From Candidatus Thorarchaeota archaeon (GTDB taxonomy: Archaea > Asgardarchaeota > Thorarchaeia > Thorarchaeales > Thorarchaeaceae), in assembly GCA_021498125.1 (NCBI GenBank), contig JAIZWL010000001.1, forward strand, positions 1,388,676-1,452,675: a stretch of 64,000 bases of DNA. The letters are read 5' to 3'. A program made the translations under genes and the position numbers. Position 1 is the first letter of the stretch; each line of letters opens with the position of its first letter. Positions 19,813 through 30,400 of the stretch are shown here, one piece after another. The notes beneath the pieces are model-generated. The model searched no databases and was not told the origin of the DNA. It saw only the letters and a list, made by a program, of their open reading frames with translations.

Positions 19813-21291
19813 TTATTCTCTATCGTATCGGCCTCGAATGAGTTCCGATAGCATGTAGACACAGAAAAGTCCGATACCTGCTATGAGCAGAATGAGACCA
19901 ATATCAATGCCAAATGATGCAATTGATCTCGGAATGCCCAGTTCCTGTTCGAACATGTATGCGTCAGCAAAGAAGAATGCAACTATGCTTGCAATGAGCA
20001 GAGTCCATCCAATAATCTGTCGTGCCACTCCCTTGATATTGAGATAATCGAATGCAAGTAGTAACGCTATCACTGCTGTCAATGTGGCTAGTACATGCCA
20101 GTGTCCAATCGCTATCGTCAATTCGATTGCAAAGTCAATCGTTCTAAAGTAATCAAGGTTGAACGCCAGATAAATCCCCGGAGCCGTGACAACTACATTC
20201 ACCCACATGAACATGAAATAGAGCGCAAAACGTACAGGATCCTTAAAGACCGCAATGACCTTTCGTCCAAGTGATGCAGTGTCGTAATTCTCACCAAGGA
20301 CTTTCTTCGATGTTTCGACCCATCCAAAGAACATCAGAATGAGTGCCGCCATGAGTGCGAAAGTTGCTCCTACATTGATGACTGTGTGGGCCTTCTCATA
20401 ACCCACTGGTACTAGCCAAGCGCCTACTGAGATGATAATCGTCCCAGGGATAGTAAGGATCATTCCAAGCAGATACCATCGTCCCTTCTGTTCAGGGTTA
20501 GTCCACCTGAACACGATAAGCATGAGTGCAGTATCGATGAGCGCAAGCATGATGTGTAGGTGTCCAATGATCGCCCGCTCGAAGATATTATGTTCGAGTC
20601 TGAGAAGTTCCTCCGCCAAAAATGGTTCAACGCCGCTGCCGAAGTATGCACCTACAGAAGCGCCAAGTGTGGATGAAATAAGAATACAGAGTGCAGCTAT
20701 TGCAAGATTCCATTGTGCAAGATTGATCCCTTTGATGTACGGTCCCTCTTCCTTTCGTTCGGGGAAGTTTTTGGTTGGCCAGACTCCTATCAAAAAGAGA
20801 ACTCCGCTAAAGAAGACAAGTGTAAGTCCGACTATGAACAAGGCGTGTGTGACCATCTCTCCTGGAAGGATGTATGCAAAAATCAGTCCTGTGATAGTGG
20901 TCATCAAATATCCGGGAACAATGGTCCATTTGACCAAGTTCTCAAACTTTGGTCGCACATCACAGATATCCAGTGCAAATAATACGACTGCACCGAGGAA
21001 TGTGATTGCCAATGAATGATACAGCATTATTGTTCGTGCTACAGTAGCCTCATGTGACGGATTCAAGTTAAAGGGAAGTATGTATCCGCCTAGCATATCT
21101 ACAACTGGTTGTGACATTGTAGAAAGAAATGCTACAATAACAAATTCAAACACAATTGTTGCTGTGATCAAACCCTTGTAGGTCCCAAGCCATTTGATGA
21201 ATGCCTGAAATCTACTATTGCTTGTCTGTTCTCCACTTTCTGACGACATGGTGATCACCATCCGAATGATTTTCTTCAGGTGAAGCCTCAC
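19813..21291 (-). CDS. Polytopic membrane protein (about 14 TM), His-containing, unknown function
   Basis: 492 aa and strongly hydrophobic. Conserved-looking His motifs: GHLHIM, IGHWHV, HEATVARTIMLYH. It is adjacent to ctaB. Confidence 0.5.
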   Translation of the reverse strand: MRLHLKKIIRMVITMSSESGEQTSNSRFQAFIKWLGTYKGLITATIVFEFVIVAFLSTMSQPVVDMLGGYILPFNLNPSHEATVARTIMLYHSLAITFLGAVVLFALDICDVRPKFENLVKWTIVPGYLMTTITGLIFAYILPGEMVTHALFIVGLTLVFFSGVLFLIGVWPTKNFPERKEEGPYIKGINLAQWNLAIAALCILISSTLGASVGAYFGSGVEPFLAEELLRLEHNIFERAIIGHLHIMLALIDTALMLIVFRWTNPEQKGRWYLLGMILTIPGTIIISVGAWLVPVGYEKAHTVINVGATFALMAALILMFFGWVETSKKVLGENYDTASLGRKVIAVFKDPVRFALYFMFMWVNVVVTAPGIYLAFNLDYFRTIDFAIELTIAIGHWHVLATLTAVIALLLAFDYLNIKGVARQIIGWTLLIASIVAFFFADAYMFEQELGIPRSIASFGIDIGLILLIAGIGLFCVYMLSELIRGRYDRE

Positions 21292-21480
21292 TAAAAAGGA
21301 ATCCGTGTCAATACGGTAAGCATGTTACCATTTGATAACCTACGAGGTGGAAATATACGATGTTGATGTATTTCATTAGAGCTTTTGTCCGTAACCATTT
21401 TTCTTGTGGCGATTCCTATGGCTTATCCTAAGTAGTGTTATCGTATAGCATGATTCATATGCTATGATGGTATGATAATA

Positions 21481-21498
21481 ATGATGATGATGATGATG
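21481..21498. repeat. (ATG)6 trinucleotide microsatellite in the intergenic region upstream of the HxlR-like gene
   Basis: The run atgatgatgatgatgatg is flanked by imperfect atgatggtatgataata. Confidence 0.8.
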
Positions 21499-21642
21499 TT
21501 CTTGTGTACGTGTAACTGATCTAATGAATAATCATTTTGTAAGTGGCTTACGATGTAGTGATTTGCTGACCGAAAGACAATTCTTAAAACTCGAAATTTT
21601 TCTCCTCTTCTCTTACTAATTAGACGTTCAGAGTGTTGCCAT

Positions 21643-22116
21643 ATGGACGAACCGATGGAAACCTGCAGTGTTCTGCGCGCATTGAAGATTCTTGGGCGAA
21701 AATGGATCCCATGGATTCTCTGCGAACTGATGACTGGTGAGGAGTTGTATTTCACAGACCTATTGAATAGAGTGATCAATGTCACTGGCACCAAGATATC
21801 GGCTCGTGTGCTCTCGGAGTCATTGACCATTTTGGAGCAGGAGGGAATTGTCATTAGACTGGTAGAATCCGAGAGTATGCCTATTCGTGTGAAGTACCTG
21901 CTCACTCAGAAAGGCCGGGATCTTGATGTAGTCCTTGGTATTCTCAAGGGTTGGGGCATTAAGTGGGGCGATATTCAACAAAAGAAATGCAAGTCCTTTA
22001 CATGTGTTCACAATGGTATTGCTACGATCAATGTTGACAAGGTTCGTCAGTTCCTTGAATTTGGGCCAGAATCCGAGGTGCCCATTGAAAATGACGCAGA
22101 TGAAAAGGCAGGCTGA
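21643..22116 (+). CDS. HxlR-family winged-helix transcriptional regulator
   Basis: The HxlR consensus is present: CSVLRALKILGRKWIPWILCELMTGEELYFTDLL...LSESLTILEQEGIVIRL...PIRVKYLLTQKGRDL. Confidence 0.6.
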   Translation: MDEPMETCSVLRALKILGRKWIPWILCELMTGEELYFTDLLNRVINVTGTKISARVLSESLTILEQEGIVIRLVESESMPIRVKYLLTQKGRDLDVVLGILKGWGIKWGDIQQKKCKSFTCVHNGIATINVDKVRQFLEFGPESEVPIENDADEKAG

Positions 22117-22150
22117 GGCAGTATTCTACTACCTCAGTCACTGCTTATTG

Positions 22151-22846
22151 CTATTGTGTGATGGTCTCATCATGGGGAATTTCTGTAGCTCTGCCGAGCT
22201 TGAGTAGATGTGTTGCATGAATGCGTTCAGAGAGTTTGATGGATCCTGCGAGTAGGACCGAAAAAAGTCCGCCGAAGAATTGCAGTGCTTCGAGACCATA
22301 CTCGTAGACCCCGTCTATGACATGCGTCCAAGGAACTACAATTGGTTGCAGCATGAGCACTATTCCAATCGCAATGAGCATGTACATGACAATTGAAGAG
22401 GTGATGCCTGTGGTCACAGTGCTGGATGCTGTGAAGACAGCCTTGATGGTTGGTGCTTTAAATGGCAGTACGAGATAGATTAGAATGAATAGGTTGAGAA
22501 ATGCTCTCAGCAGTGAGGGGCTAAACGGCATGCCATTTATCATTACGAGGATTGCTGGAATGAAGCCACTTAGTGCACCGACTAGGCTCACTAGCACCGC
22601 AGACGTGTAGAACCAAGCCTTACGACTTATTATTGCCCAGATTAATAGTATCCATGCTATGCCAACAGCCCATGTGAGTGCAGTTGTAATGATGAAGACT
22701 GGTTGAAGAGTATGCATGATGTATAGTTTACTAGTTGGATCAGTCGGTGGATCCAGTGTGGGGCAGGTACTTCCGTAACCGCTAACAATTCCTAAGACCG
22801 CAGCAATTGCTGACAGAACGCTTAGGTTTCTTACAATCTTGTCCAT
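22151..22846 (-). CDS. Membrane protein (about 6 TM), hypothetical
   Basis: 231 aa with multiple hydrophobic helices and a signal-like N-terminus. Confidence 0.4.
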   Translation of the reverse strand: MDKIVRNLSVLSAIAAVLGIVSGYGSTCPTLDPPTDPTSKLYIMHTLQPVFIITTALTWAVGIAWILLIWAIISRKAWFYTSAVLVSLVGALSGFIPAILVMINGMPFSPSLLRAFLNLFILIYLVLPFKAPTIKAVFTASSTVTTGITSSIVMYMLIAIGIVLMLQPIVVPWTHVIDGVYEYGLEALQFFGGLFSVLLAGSIKLSERIHATHLLKLGRATEIPHDETITQ

Positions 22847-23082
22847 TGACTATCTCTCCAATTCTTGAGTTGAACTAAAGGTGAACCGTGAGTACACTAT
22901 GTTCACCACAAATGTAGTAATTTTGTAGTCACCGTATCTTATCAATATCACAGTAATGTTTTAGTAACTATCAATAGTTTGAGATCATGGCCGAAAAACA
23001 ATCGTTTATGTAGCATTGACTTGTTTACAAATCATCAATGCCCTGAATTTGTGTCTAAATTTTTAAGGCAAATCCGTGGTCA

Positions 23083-24069
23083 TTGAGATGGAGAGACTGC
23101 CTCTTGCACACAGAAATTGAATTTAGAAATCTCCTCAATTGCAGCACTCTACATCAGAAGACTGATGATGTTGTATCTTTTGCAACTGGATTGATCAACG
23201 CTCGAAGCACGACGGAACCACTTATCCGTGGAGTCATCATTGATTTTCTCAAGGCTTATGATATCGAGATTTCATCCGTGATGGCACTTGTTAGTGCAGA
23301 GGCAATGGGTGTCTTACCTACTAGAGCACTAAATGTTGCATCGGCAGTCTTGTTTGTACGCACAGCCTCACTATTACACGATGTCATTAACGAGCCTGAA
23401 TCTGTTAGTACTATTGGTGGCAGTAGAGGGCTTGACAAATTGCTGATTCTTGCTGGGGACTTGCTTTTAGCAGAGGCGACAAGGATCATGGCCGATCATG
23501 GTACACATCAGAGTATGGTTCATCTTGGAAACGGACTCATACAGCTCTTGAGGTTGAGTGCTCGATTATTGTCATTAAGTACATCCGATGATCTGATGGA
23601 TCAACTAGAACACATCCTCAAGTCCCCCCAGTTTGGAGTCACTTCGTTTGTCGGGGAGGCTGCTATTGTTGGTGCCTTGCTCAACGAACAGAGAGCCATC
23701 AACATCGATATGTTACGCTCATTTGCAACCGCATTTGGGGGTGCCTTTCAACTAGTGCGCCAAGCCTCTAATCTTGAGTTGATGGTCAAGTCCTCGGCTC
23801 GTGATTTCCCTCTTGCTTTTCGTATTGGGGAACTCATCTATCCACTGGCTCATGCACTCGGATTCTGCTCTAGCGATGAAGTAGAAACCATGGTTTCAAG
23901 TCTGGTGCACGGAAATGTTAGGATGTTCTCTGAAATTGCTTTACGTCTTAATTTAATTGAGCGCACTCGTACTGAGGCGAACGAGTATCTCGATGAGGCC
24001 TCCTTCGTCTTACCTCAGGTCACGTTCAAGTTTCCTGAGATGGTCTATGAGTCGTTGAAATGTGTCTAG
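23083..24069 (+). CDS. Polyprenyl (trans-isoprenyl) diphosphate synthase homolog with degenerate first Asp-rich motif
   Basis: ASAVLFVRTASLLHDVINE...GGSRG...LLILAGDLLLAEA aligns closely to the FARM region AAIELIHTASLIHDDIIDD...RRG...AILAGDFLLSRA. Here DDxxD is HDVINE and no second DDxxD was found. 328 aa. Confidence 0.4.
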   Translation: MRWRDCLLHTEIEFRNLLNCSTLHQKTDDVVSFATGLINARSTTEPLIRGVIIDFLKAYDIEISSVMALVSAEAMGVLPTRALNVASAVLFVRTASLLHDVINEPESVSTIGGSRGLDKLLILAGDLLLAEATRIMADHGTHQSMVHLGNGLIQLLRLSARLLSLSTSDDLMDQLEHILKSPQFGVTSFVGEAAIVGALLNEQRAINIDMLRSFATAFGGAFQLVRQASNLELMVKSSARDFPLAFRIGELIYPLAHALGFCSSDEVETMVSSLVHGNVRMFSEIALRLNLIERTRTEANEYLDEASFVLPQVTFKFPEMVYESLKCV

Positions 24070-24540
24070 TGGTTTCACTAGCGTGTGTTGTAGATTGAAT
24101 GACTGAAATGGTTGTGTCAGGGATGGTGGATCTTGAGGATGTTATCAATGAGTTACGTGGTTGCATCACCGTTGAAGGGGATCTCAATCCGTTACAACTT
24201 AAGGAGATATGCGACCGCAGTACCACAATTATTGATGAACAGAAATAATCTACTATTTCAGGTCAAGTATGTTGAATGAGCACCATTTTGGTACTACGCC
24301 ATTAGAGGCCTGTGCAAATGGTGGATCATATTTCCGTTTCAGAACAATAATCGAGAACGCCAACTGTTGACCAAGAACCCCTTTTGACAAGGTGGTCTTG
24401 AATGTGCATCAAACTGGTTTTTGCAGAGACTTGTTCGTAAGATTGTTTAAAAGCATACATGTCTAAATTCTGCATAGGACAACCCACACCACCACGGGAA
24501 TTTGGGTTGTGTAAATAATTAATTAAGGAGAAAACACGGC

Positions 24541-25101
24541 ATGGGTAAAATCACTGACCCAATTGCAAAGCGGATTCGGAAAAAGGCAGCCAAGGACATT
24601 AAGGGTGGCTTTTTTGGTAAGATCACTCATTATATTCCTGGCTGGCATGGGTACCAAGAGAAAGAGGAGCGGCGCGCCGCAGATAAAGTCCTCAGAGAGT
24701 TTATTGCAGATCAACTCAGGTTGGTAAAGCAAGACCTCGAGAAGCTGCAGATGATGGCTGTCGATTATAATCTCACCAAGACGTGGGAGACCTTTGACAG
24801 GATGTTGAACCTGACCGACAAGATTGAATCGGCAATTCGCTACGCCGATTATGGTTATGCCGCATGGGGGTCCAAGGAAAAGATCAATGAAGACGCCCTT
24901 GATCGCATGTACGAATTCGATGCCACTATCATTGATGACATTGGCGAGATCAATGATGTCGCCGAAGAGTTCTTGGACAAGATGAACCAAGGACAATTTG
25001 ATGAGGCCTGGAACTACACGTATCGCATGTGGACCATCATGCAGCGTCTTGAAGAGAAGTGGAAGCAGCGTGAGGGCTACATGAAAGGCTATCAAGATTG
25101 A
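24541..25101 (+). CDS. Hypothetical charged helical protein (186 aa)
   Basis: Plausible composition, with an AGGAG-like motif and an A/T-rich box upstream. The overlapping 216-aa minus-strand ORF looks antisense (Leu-rich, low complexity). Confidence 0.4.
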   Translation: MGKITDPIAKRIRKKAAKDIKGGFFGKITHYIPGWHGYQEKEERRAADKVLREFIADQLRLVKQDLEKLQMMAVDYNLTKTWETFDRMLNLTDKIESAIRYADYGYAAWGSKEKINEDALDRMYEFDATIIDDIGEINDVAEEFLDKMNQGQFDEAWNYTYRMWTIMQRLEEKWKQREGYMKGYQD

Positions 25102-25247
25102 TCTCTGGTCAAGGTCTCGGAAGATCTCACTCTTCCTTGACCATTTCTGTTTTTTTATTCTGTTTCTGGACACTATTCCTTATAGGTCGTTTAACCAGTT
25201 GCAAGTTCCAGTATTGTTTCATACTATGCTTTTGTGCCACTCATGAT

Positions 25248-25934
25248 CTATCCCACAGTTGTACCGCAATACTGGCAGGTGGCCATCTTTCCTGTGAGAA
25301 TTGCTTGAGCCTCATTCTGATTGAACTTGCTACCACAGAGCGGGCAGAGCCAGATTCGGACCTCTCTCTCTGCTGTTGCGATCTCGTCTCCTCCCATCTC
25401 GTCAAGCATCTTCTCGACCCATGAGGCATAGGCCGCATGACCTAACTCGAGAAATAGTTTCTTTCCCTCTTGCAGATATGGGATTGCCTCACTGGCCTTT
25501 CCTTGGCCGCGTAGTGCTTTTCCAAGGCCAAATGCATTCCATGCCACGAACCACTTGTCTGATACGGATCTTGCATGGTGGAGGCCAAGTTCAAAATAGA
25601 TTGCAGCCTTTCTGTAATTCATCTGGTGATTTGCAATCTCGCCGAGCCCCCAATTTGCAGCGGCCTCATAATAGGTTGCGTGAACTGTATGGGCCTCTTC
25701 AAGAAGCTCTTTGTAAAGCCGTTTTGCCTCTTGGAAATCATGCTGATTGAGGGTACAATCCGCCATGACTCGCAATGCCTCGGTGGCCTGTCCTTGCTGA
25801 TCCTCTTTCAAAAACTTCTTCCGTGCCTTCAGGGCCTCTTTCATCCCTTTCTTGAACTCCCCTCTACCGTGGAGAGTCCTTGCTTCTTCAAGGTGCTCTT
25901 GTGAGGTTGGCATAATTACGCCTCCGCGTCTCAA
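25248..25934 (-). CDS. TPR-repeat protein with C-terminal zinc ribbon
   Basis: TPR-like repeats (ALKARKKFLKEDQ..., RLYKELLEEAHTVHATYYEAAANWGLGE..., AAIYFELGLHHAR...). The C-terminus carries CPLCGSKF...CQYCG. Confidence 0.6.
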   Translation of the reverse strand: MRRGGVIMPTSQEHLEEARTLHGRGEFKKGMKEALKARKKFLKEDQQGQATEALRVMADCTLNQHDFQEAKRLYKELLEEAHTVHATYYEAAANWGLGEIANHQMNYRKAAIYFELGLHHARSVSDKWFVAWNAFGLGKALRGQGKASEAIPYLQEGKKLFLELGHAAYASWVEKMLDEMGGDEIATAEREVRIWLCPLCGSKFNQNEAQAILTGKMATCQYCGTTVG

Positions 25935-25959
25935 AATTCAACTCATTGGGACGCCGTGA

Positions 25960-26391
25960 GTGGCTGAATATTATAGCAGTTTAAATATGCCGCTATTGAA
26001 CAAATTGGTGGTCTCTTTGATGTCACGTAACGTTCTCTCTACAGATTTTGCGCACGAGATTGTTCCATCATATCTACGGGCTCTCCAGTACCTCAATTCC
26101 ATGTATGATGTGTTGCTCTTGGGCGAACCGAGTTTCAGGACACGCACCCATCTCCTCTATCTCCATGATCGGCTGATGTGTTCGATCGTTCAGCTTATCC
26201 ATGATGTGAACATTGGTCTGATTGATGTTGAACCTGTCTCACTTTTGCGAACCCTGCGCGCGGTGAATGGTCGAGATCTCTGGTTAATGCTGACCGATGC
26301 GAGTTCTAAGACTGAGAATCTCATCAGAGAAGTTCGTGCCATGCTCAATATCCTGACAAATCTTGTTGCTCCGCCCCCACGGGATGACTAA
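25960..26391 (+). CDS. Hypothetical protein (143 aa)
   Basis: ORF only. Confidence 0.3.
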   Translation: MAEYYSSLNMPLLNKLVVSLMSRNVLSTDFAHEIVPSYLRALQYLNSMYDVLLLGEPSFRTRTHLLYLHDRLMCSIVQLIHDVNIGLIDVEPVSLLRTLRAVNGRDLWLMLTDASSKTENLIREVRAMLNILTNLVAPPPRDD

Positions 26392-26436
26392 TAGTAAGGC
26401 TATTATCTGCTCTATGTCATCCGCTGTTCGATCACA

Positions 26437-27192
26437 ATGCGTGTAACGCTCTTAGGAACAGGCACATCTTATCCTGACCCTGACCGTGTACAGTCGGGTG
26501 TGCTCGTTGAGGCAGCAGGTCTTCCTCTTCTCTTCGATATCGGATCTGGGATTCTTCAAAGGCTGACCCAATTAGATCTACCACTGACATCCATCGAACA
26601 CATCTTTCTCTCTCATTTTCATATTGACCACTGTTCGGATTTTTTGACCTTCTATCAGTCTATTTGGTTATCAGGGTTCGATAAGACACTTCATCTCTAT
26701 GGCCCTCCTATGATCCGTGATTGGTTACGCGGTCTCTTTGATGTCGCCTTTCCTTACTTGCGTCATAAACTCAAAATGGAAGTCACGATCCTTGAAGAGA
26801 ATCATGTGGTACATATAGGCCCCGTGACGGTGATCACATGTCCAACATTGCATGGGTCAATGGAGTCACGAGCGTTTCGCATCGAACATGATGGGTCCTC
26901 TGTAGTCTATACCTCCGATACGGCTCCTTGCCCCGAGGTGATAGATCTTGCGTGCGGTACCGACTTGTTGATTCATGAGTGTAACTGGCTTGACGGCGAT
27001 CATCCATCCGGTGTACACACAAGCCCCTTACAATTAGCTGATGTGGTCGAGCGGATCGCACCCAAGGTGGTTATATTAACACATGTGCCGCCTGAGGTTG
27101 TTGAATCGGCTGAGCAGGTCCTCTCTATCGTGCAACGTCGGACTGACGCCAAGACACTCATGGGTACTGACCTTACCACCTTTGATGTTTGA
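26437..27192 (+). CDS. Metallo-beta-lactamase-fold hydrolase (short RNase Z/PhnP-like)
   Basis: N-terminal LLGTGTSYPDPDRVQSGVLVE and the HxHxDH motif (LSHFHIDHCSDF). Downstream His/Asp ligands are present (TSDTA; HECNW; LTHV). Confidence 0.75.
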   Translation: MRVTLLGTGTSYPDPDRVQSGVLVEAAGLPLLFDIGSGILQRLTQLDLPLTSIEHIFLSHFHIDHCSDFLTFYQSIWLSGFDKTLHLYGPPMIRDWLRGLFDVAFPYLRHKLKMEVTILEENHVVHIGPVTVITCPTLHGSMESRAFRIEHDGSSVVYTSDTAPCPEVIDLACGTDLLIHECNWLDGDHPSGVHTSPLQLADVVERIAPKVVILTHVPPEVVESAEQVLSIVQRRTDAKTLMGTDLTTFDV

Positions 27193-27482
27193 ACGTGTAA
27201 GTCGTGTGTCATATTTGCGAGGCTTAGAAATTTATTTAGTACTATTCTCCCGTGCAGATTGGCAAAACGGGTGATTTCCGAAAGTTAATTATTTTGTATA
27301 TCTTGCTCTAATGATTGAATGATTTACTACCGAGCTTCACACAATCAACCATTTCGAATAGCAGTTCTGAAATCAATTATTGATATTTATCGCTTTTTTT
27401 TAACCAAATCGGCGATTATGTTTCGCAAAAAGATATAGGTGTTCATACTGACGCTCGCCTAATACTTGGAGGTCATTTTCTA

Positions 27483-30400
27483 ATGATTCGAAAGCACGCA
27501 ATACTCATGGTAAGTGTTACTTTATGCGTACTACTTTTGTTCGGTGGTTCTTCTTCCACGAAAAATGGAACGATTGCCCCTTCAAATCTGGTACACTCAG
27601 ATAGGTCCGTCTTGGCGTATACGTCACATGGCCCAATTAATATTGTAAATGATAATTTCACAGCTGCTGGGTTCAGCGGTTCTGGGACCGAAGCTGATCC
27701 GTATGTACTTGATGATGTTAGTATAACAATGGCAACATATGCGAAAGCGATTCATATCGAGAATTCAACTTCGTATTTCATCATTCGGAACTCGCTGATT
27801 GATGGGTACGGTAAAAGCTCTCCGAATGCATATGGGCTGTATATGAAAAATGTTACACATGGTACAATAGAAAATTGTACGTTCATTGACCATTACTATG
27901 ATCTCTATGCATCGAATGTGAACTTTACAGAAGTTCTTGATTCTGAGTTCACTGAATCTTGGTATGGTGTCAATACCGCCACAGTTGTCAATTTCACTAT
28001 TAGCGATAGTGAGTTTAAGGATGTGGACCTTGATTTTATACGGATAGTCCCTACCTCCTCATTGAGTTATAATATTACAATTAGCGATAACGTAATGTCG
28101 CATGGTTCTCGATTTACTGTTGAAGGAGCGGTATACCTAGAATCATGTTATCGTGTGACCATCTTTAACAACACTATGTACAGTCTAAGTTCGGATGTGA
28201 TTAAATTCGATCAATGTTATTATGTGACTATTCAAAATAATATTATCCACGAGATAAACGGCAATGCCATTAGGTTTTCTACTTCATCTCTATCGATAGT
28301 CATTGATAATAACACAATTCACTGTATTAATGAAAACGGTATGTATATTTATAATAGTCAAGTAACTATTACGAACAATAAGATCTATCTGGTCGCACAG
28401 AATGGGATTTGGTTACGCCGAACATCAAGCTCCACTGTTGTAGACAACACGATATTCAAGGCGTTTGATACGGGAATCATACTTAATGATTCATCTAGTA
28501 GTAATACTATCGTTAACAACGAAATCGGCTGGAATGGTCGAAACGCTTTTGATAACGGCTCTTCCAATTCGTGGGATGACGGGGTATTGATTGGAAATGC
28601 ATGGAGTAACTACACGGGATCTGGAACAATGCCGATTCCCGGTGCAGCTGGTTCTATTGATAACCATCCTTCGACTTTTACAGACACGACTCCTCCAACG
28701 CTCAGCTCACCTGCGGATGTGACCTACGATGAAGGGGACACAGGTTATAACATCACGTGGACTTTTTCAGACGCGCATCCCTACAGATTGATCCTCTATG
28801 TTGATGGGGTCGAGAATGAGACCGAGTATTGGTGTTCAGACTCGGGTACGGTGTCGGTAGATGGGCTTCCTGCTGGAGATCATAACTACACAGCTGTGGC
28901 TCAAGATGCAGCTGGTAACAATGCAACTGATACTGTGTTTGTGCATGTTCGTGATATCACCAATCCTCAAATAGTGGGAGTTGGTACTATCCATATAGAA
29001 ACGCCACAAATTTACTTTATCAACTGGAATGCTACCGATCTTCATCCTGACACGTATATTATATATAAAAACAATTCGTTTTATGTATCGGGAACTTGGG
29101 ATAATCCGAATAATATTAGCGTTGGTCATAACACTTGGAATGTTGAATCTCTCAACTTCACCGTGTGGGTCAATGATACCTATGGGAACACTGCGACTTT
29201 CACCACTTGGCTCATCTGTGAAGATACCACAGATCCACTGGCGTATCATTCAGGTGGTGACAATTACGAGTATGGTACTACAGGACATAATATCAATTGG
29301 ACTATCAATGAATACTTCAATAATACCTACACTATCTACCTCAACGGAACTCCTATTCAAAGTGGCCATTATAACAAAACATCAGAACATGACTCACGTT
29401 CTTATGTTGACATCAATGTAGATGGTCTTGGGCTAGGGGCATACAACTATACGCTCTACGTGACTGATCAAAACGGCCATAATGATACTGATGTTGTGAT
29501 CTTTACAGTCAGCGACACGACCCCTCCAAGTATCTCACAACCAGCAGATATCACTTATGAGGTGGGGTCAACCGATAACATACTTACGTGGCAATGTTCG
29601 GATCTTTTACCTGATCATTATGTACTGTATCATAATGGCACCGTGATAAAGTCACTTGCGTGGGACGGTTCGGACATAAGTCACATTGTTGACGGGTTCA
29701 TGGAGAACCGACAACAGAACTTCACCCTTGTGATCTATGACACCTCTGGTAATAGTGCCAAGGATACTGTTATGGTCACAGTGACTGATAATGAAGGGCC
29801 AACGCTTGACCATCCCGCAGATGTCACTTATGAGGCTGGCACAACGGGTCATGTCATCACTTGGCATCCGTCAGATGGCAATCCCAGCCGATACCAGATA
29901 ATGCGTGGGAGTGATGTTATCAGAGAAGGTTCGTGGAACAGCAGTTCAGAAGTCATCTCAGTAAATGTGGATGGGCTGGATCTTGGTTCATACGATTTCC
30001 AACTGACCGTCTGGGATCGATCCGATCATACTACTGTGGATTATGTTCAGGTTACTGTTCAGGACACGACTCCCCCAATTGTTACTGGGCCGGATGACTT
30101 TTCATACACATTTGGTACCACTGGTCATTTCATCAATTGGACTATCGAAGAACTCTATCCGCATGCATGCTATGTGTATCGAAATGGAACTGTTGTAGGG
30201 AGTTACCTATGGGAGAATACGTCGGTACACTACTCTATTGATGGCTTAGCTATCGGTGTGTATAACTTTACAATTGCTTTCAGTGATGAGTCTGATAATG
30301 TTGGATATGACACAGTTTTCGTCACAGTCGTAGCTGAAAGTACAACGACGACAACGACCACAACGACGACAACGACCACAACGACGACAACGACCACAAC

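Noticed and set aside
24523-25173. 216-aa minus-strand ORF fully overlapping the 24541-25101 plus-strand ORF
   Set aside because: Leu-rich, low-complexity composition typical of an antisense frame. The plus-strand ORF has a natural charged helical composition and an upstream RBS/TATA-like context. Only one of the two can be real.
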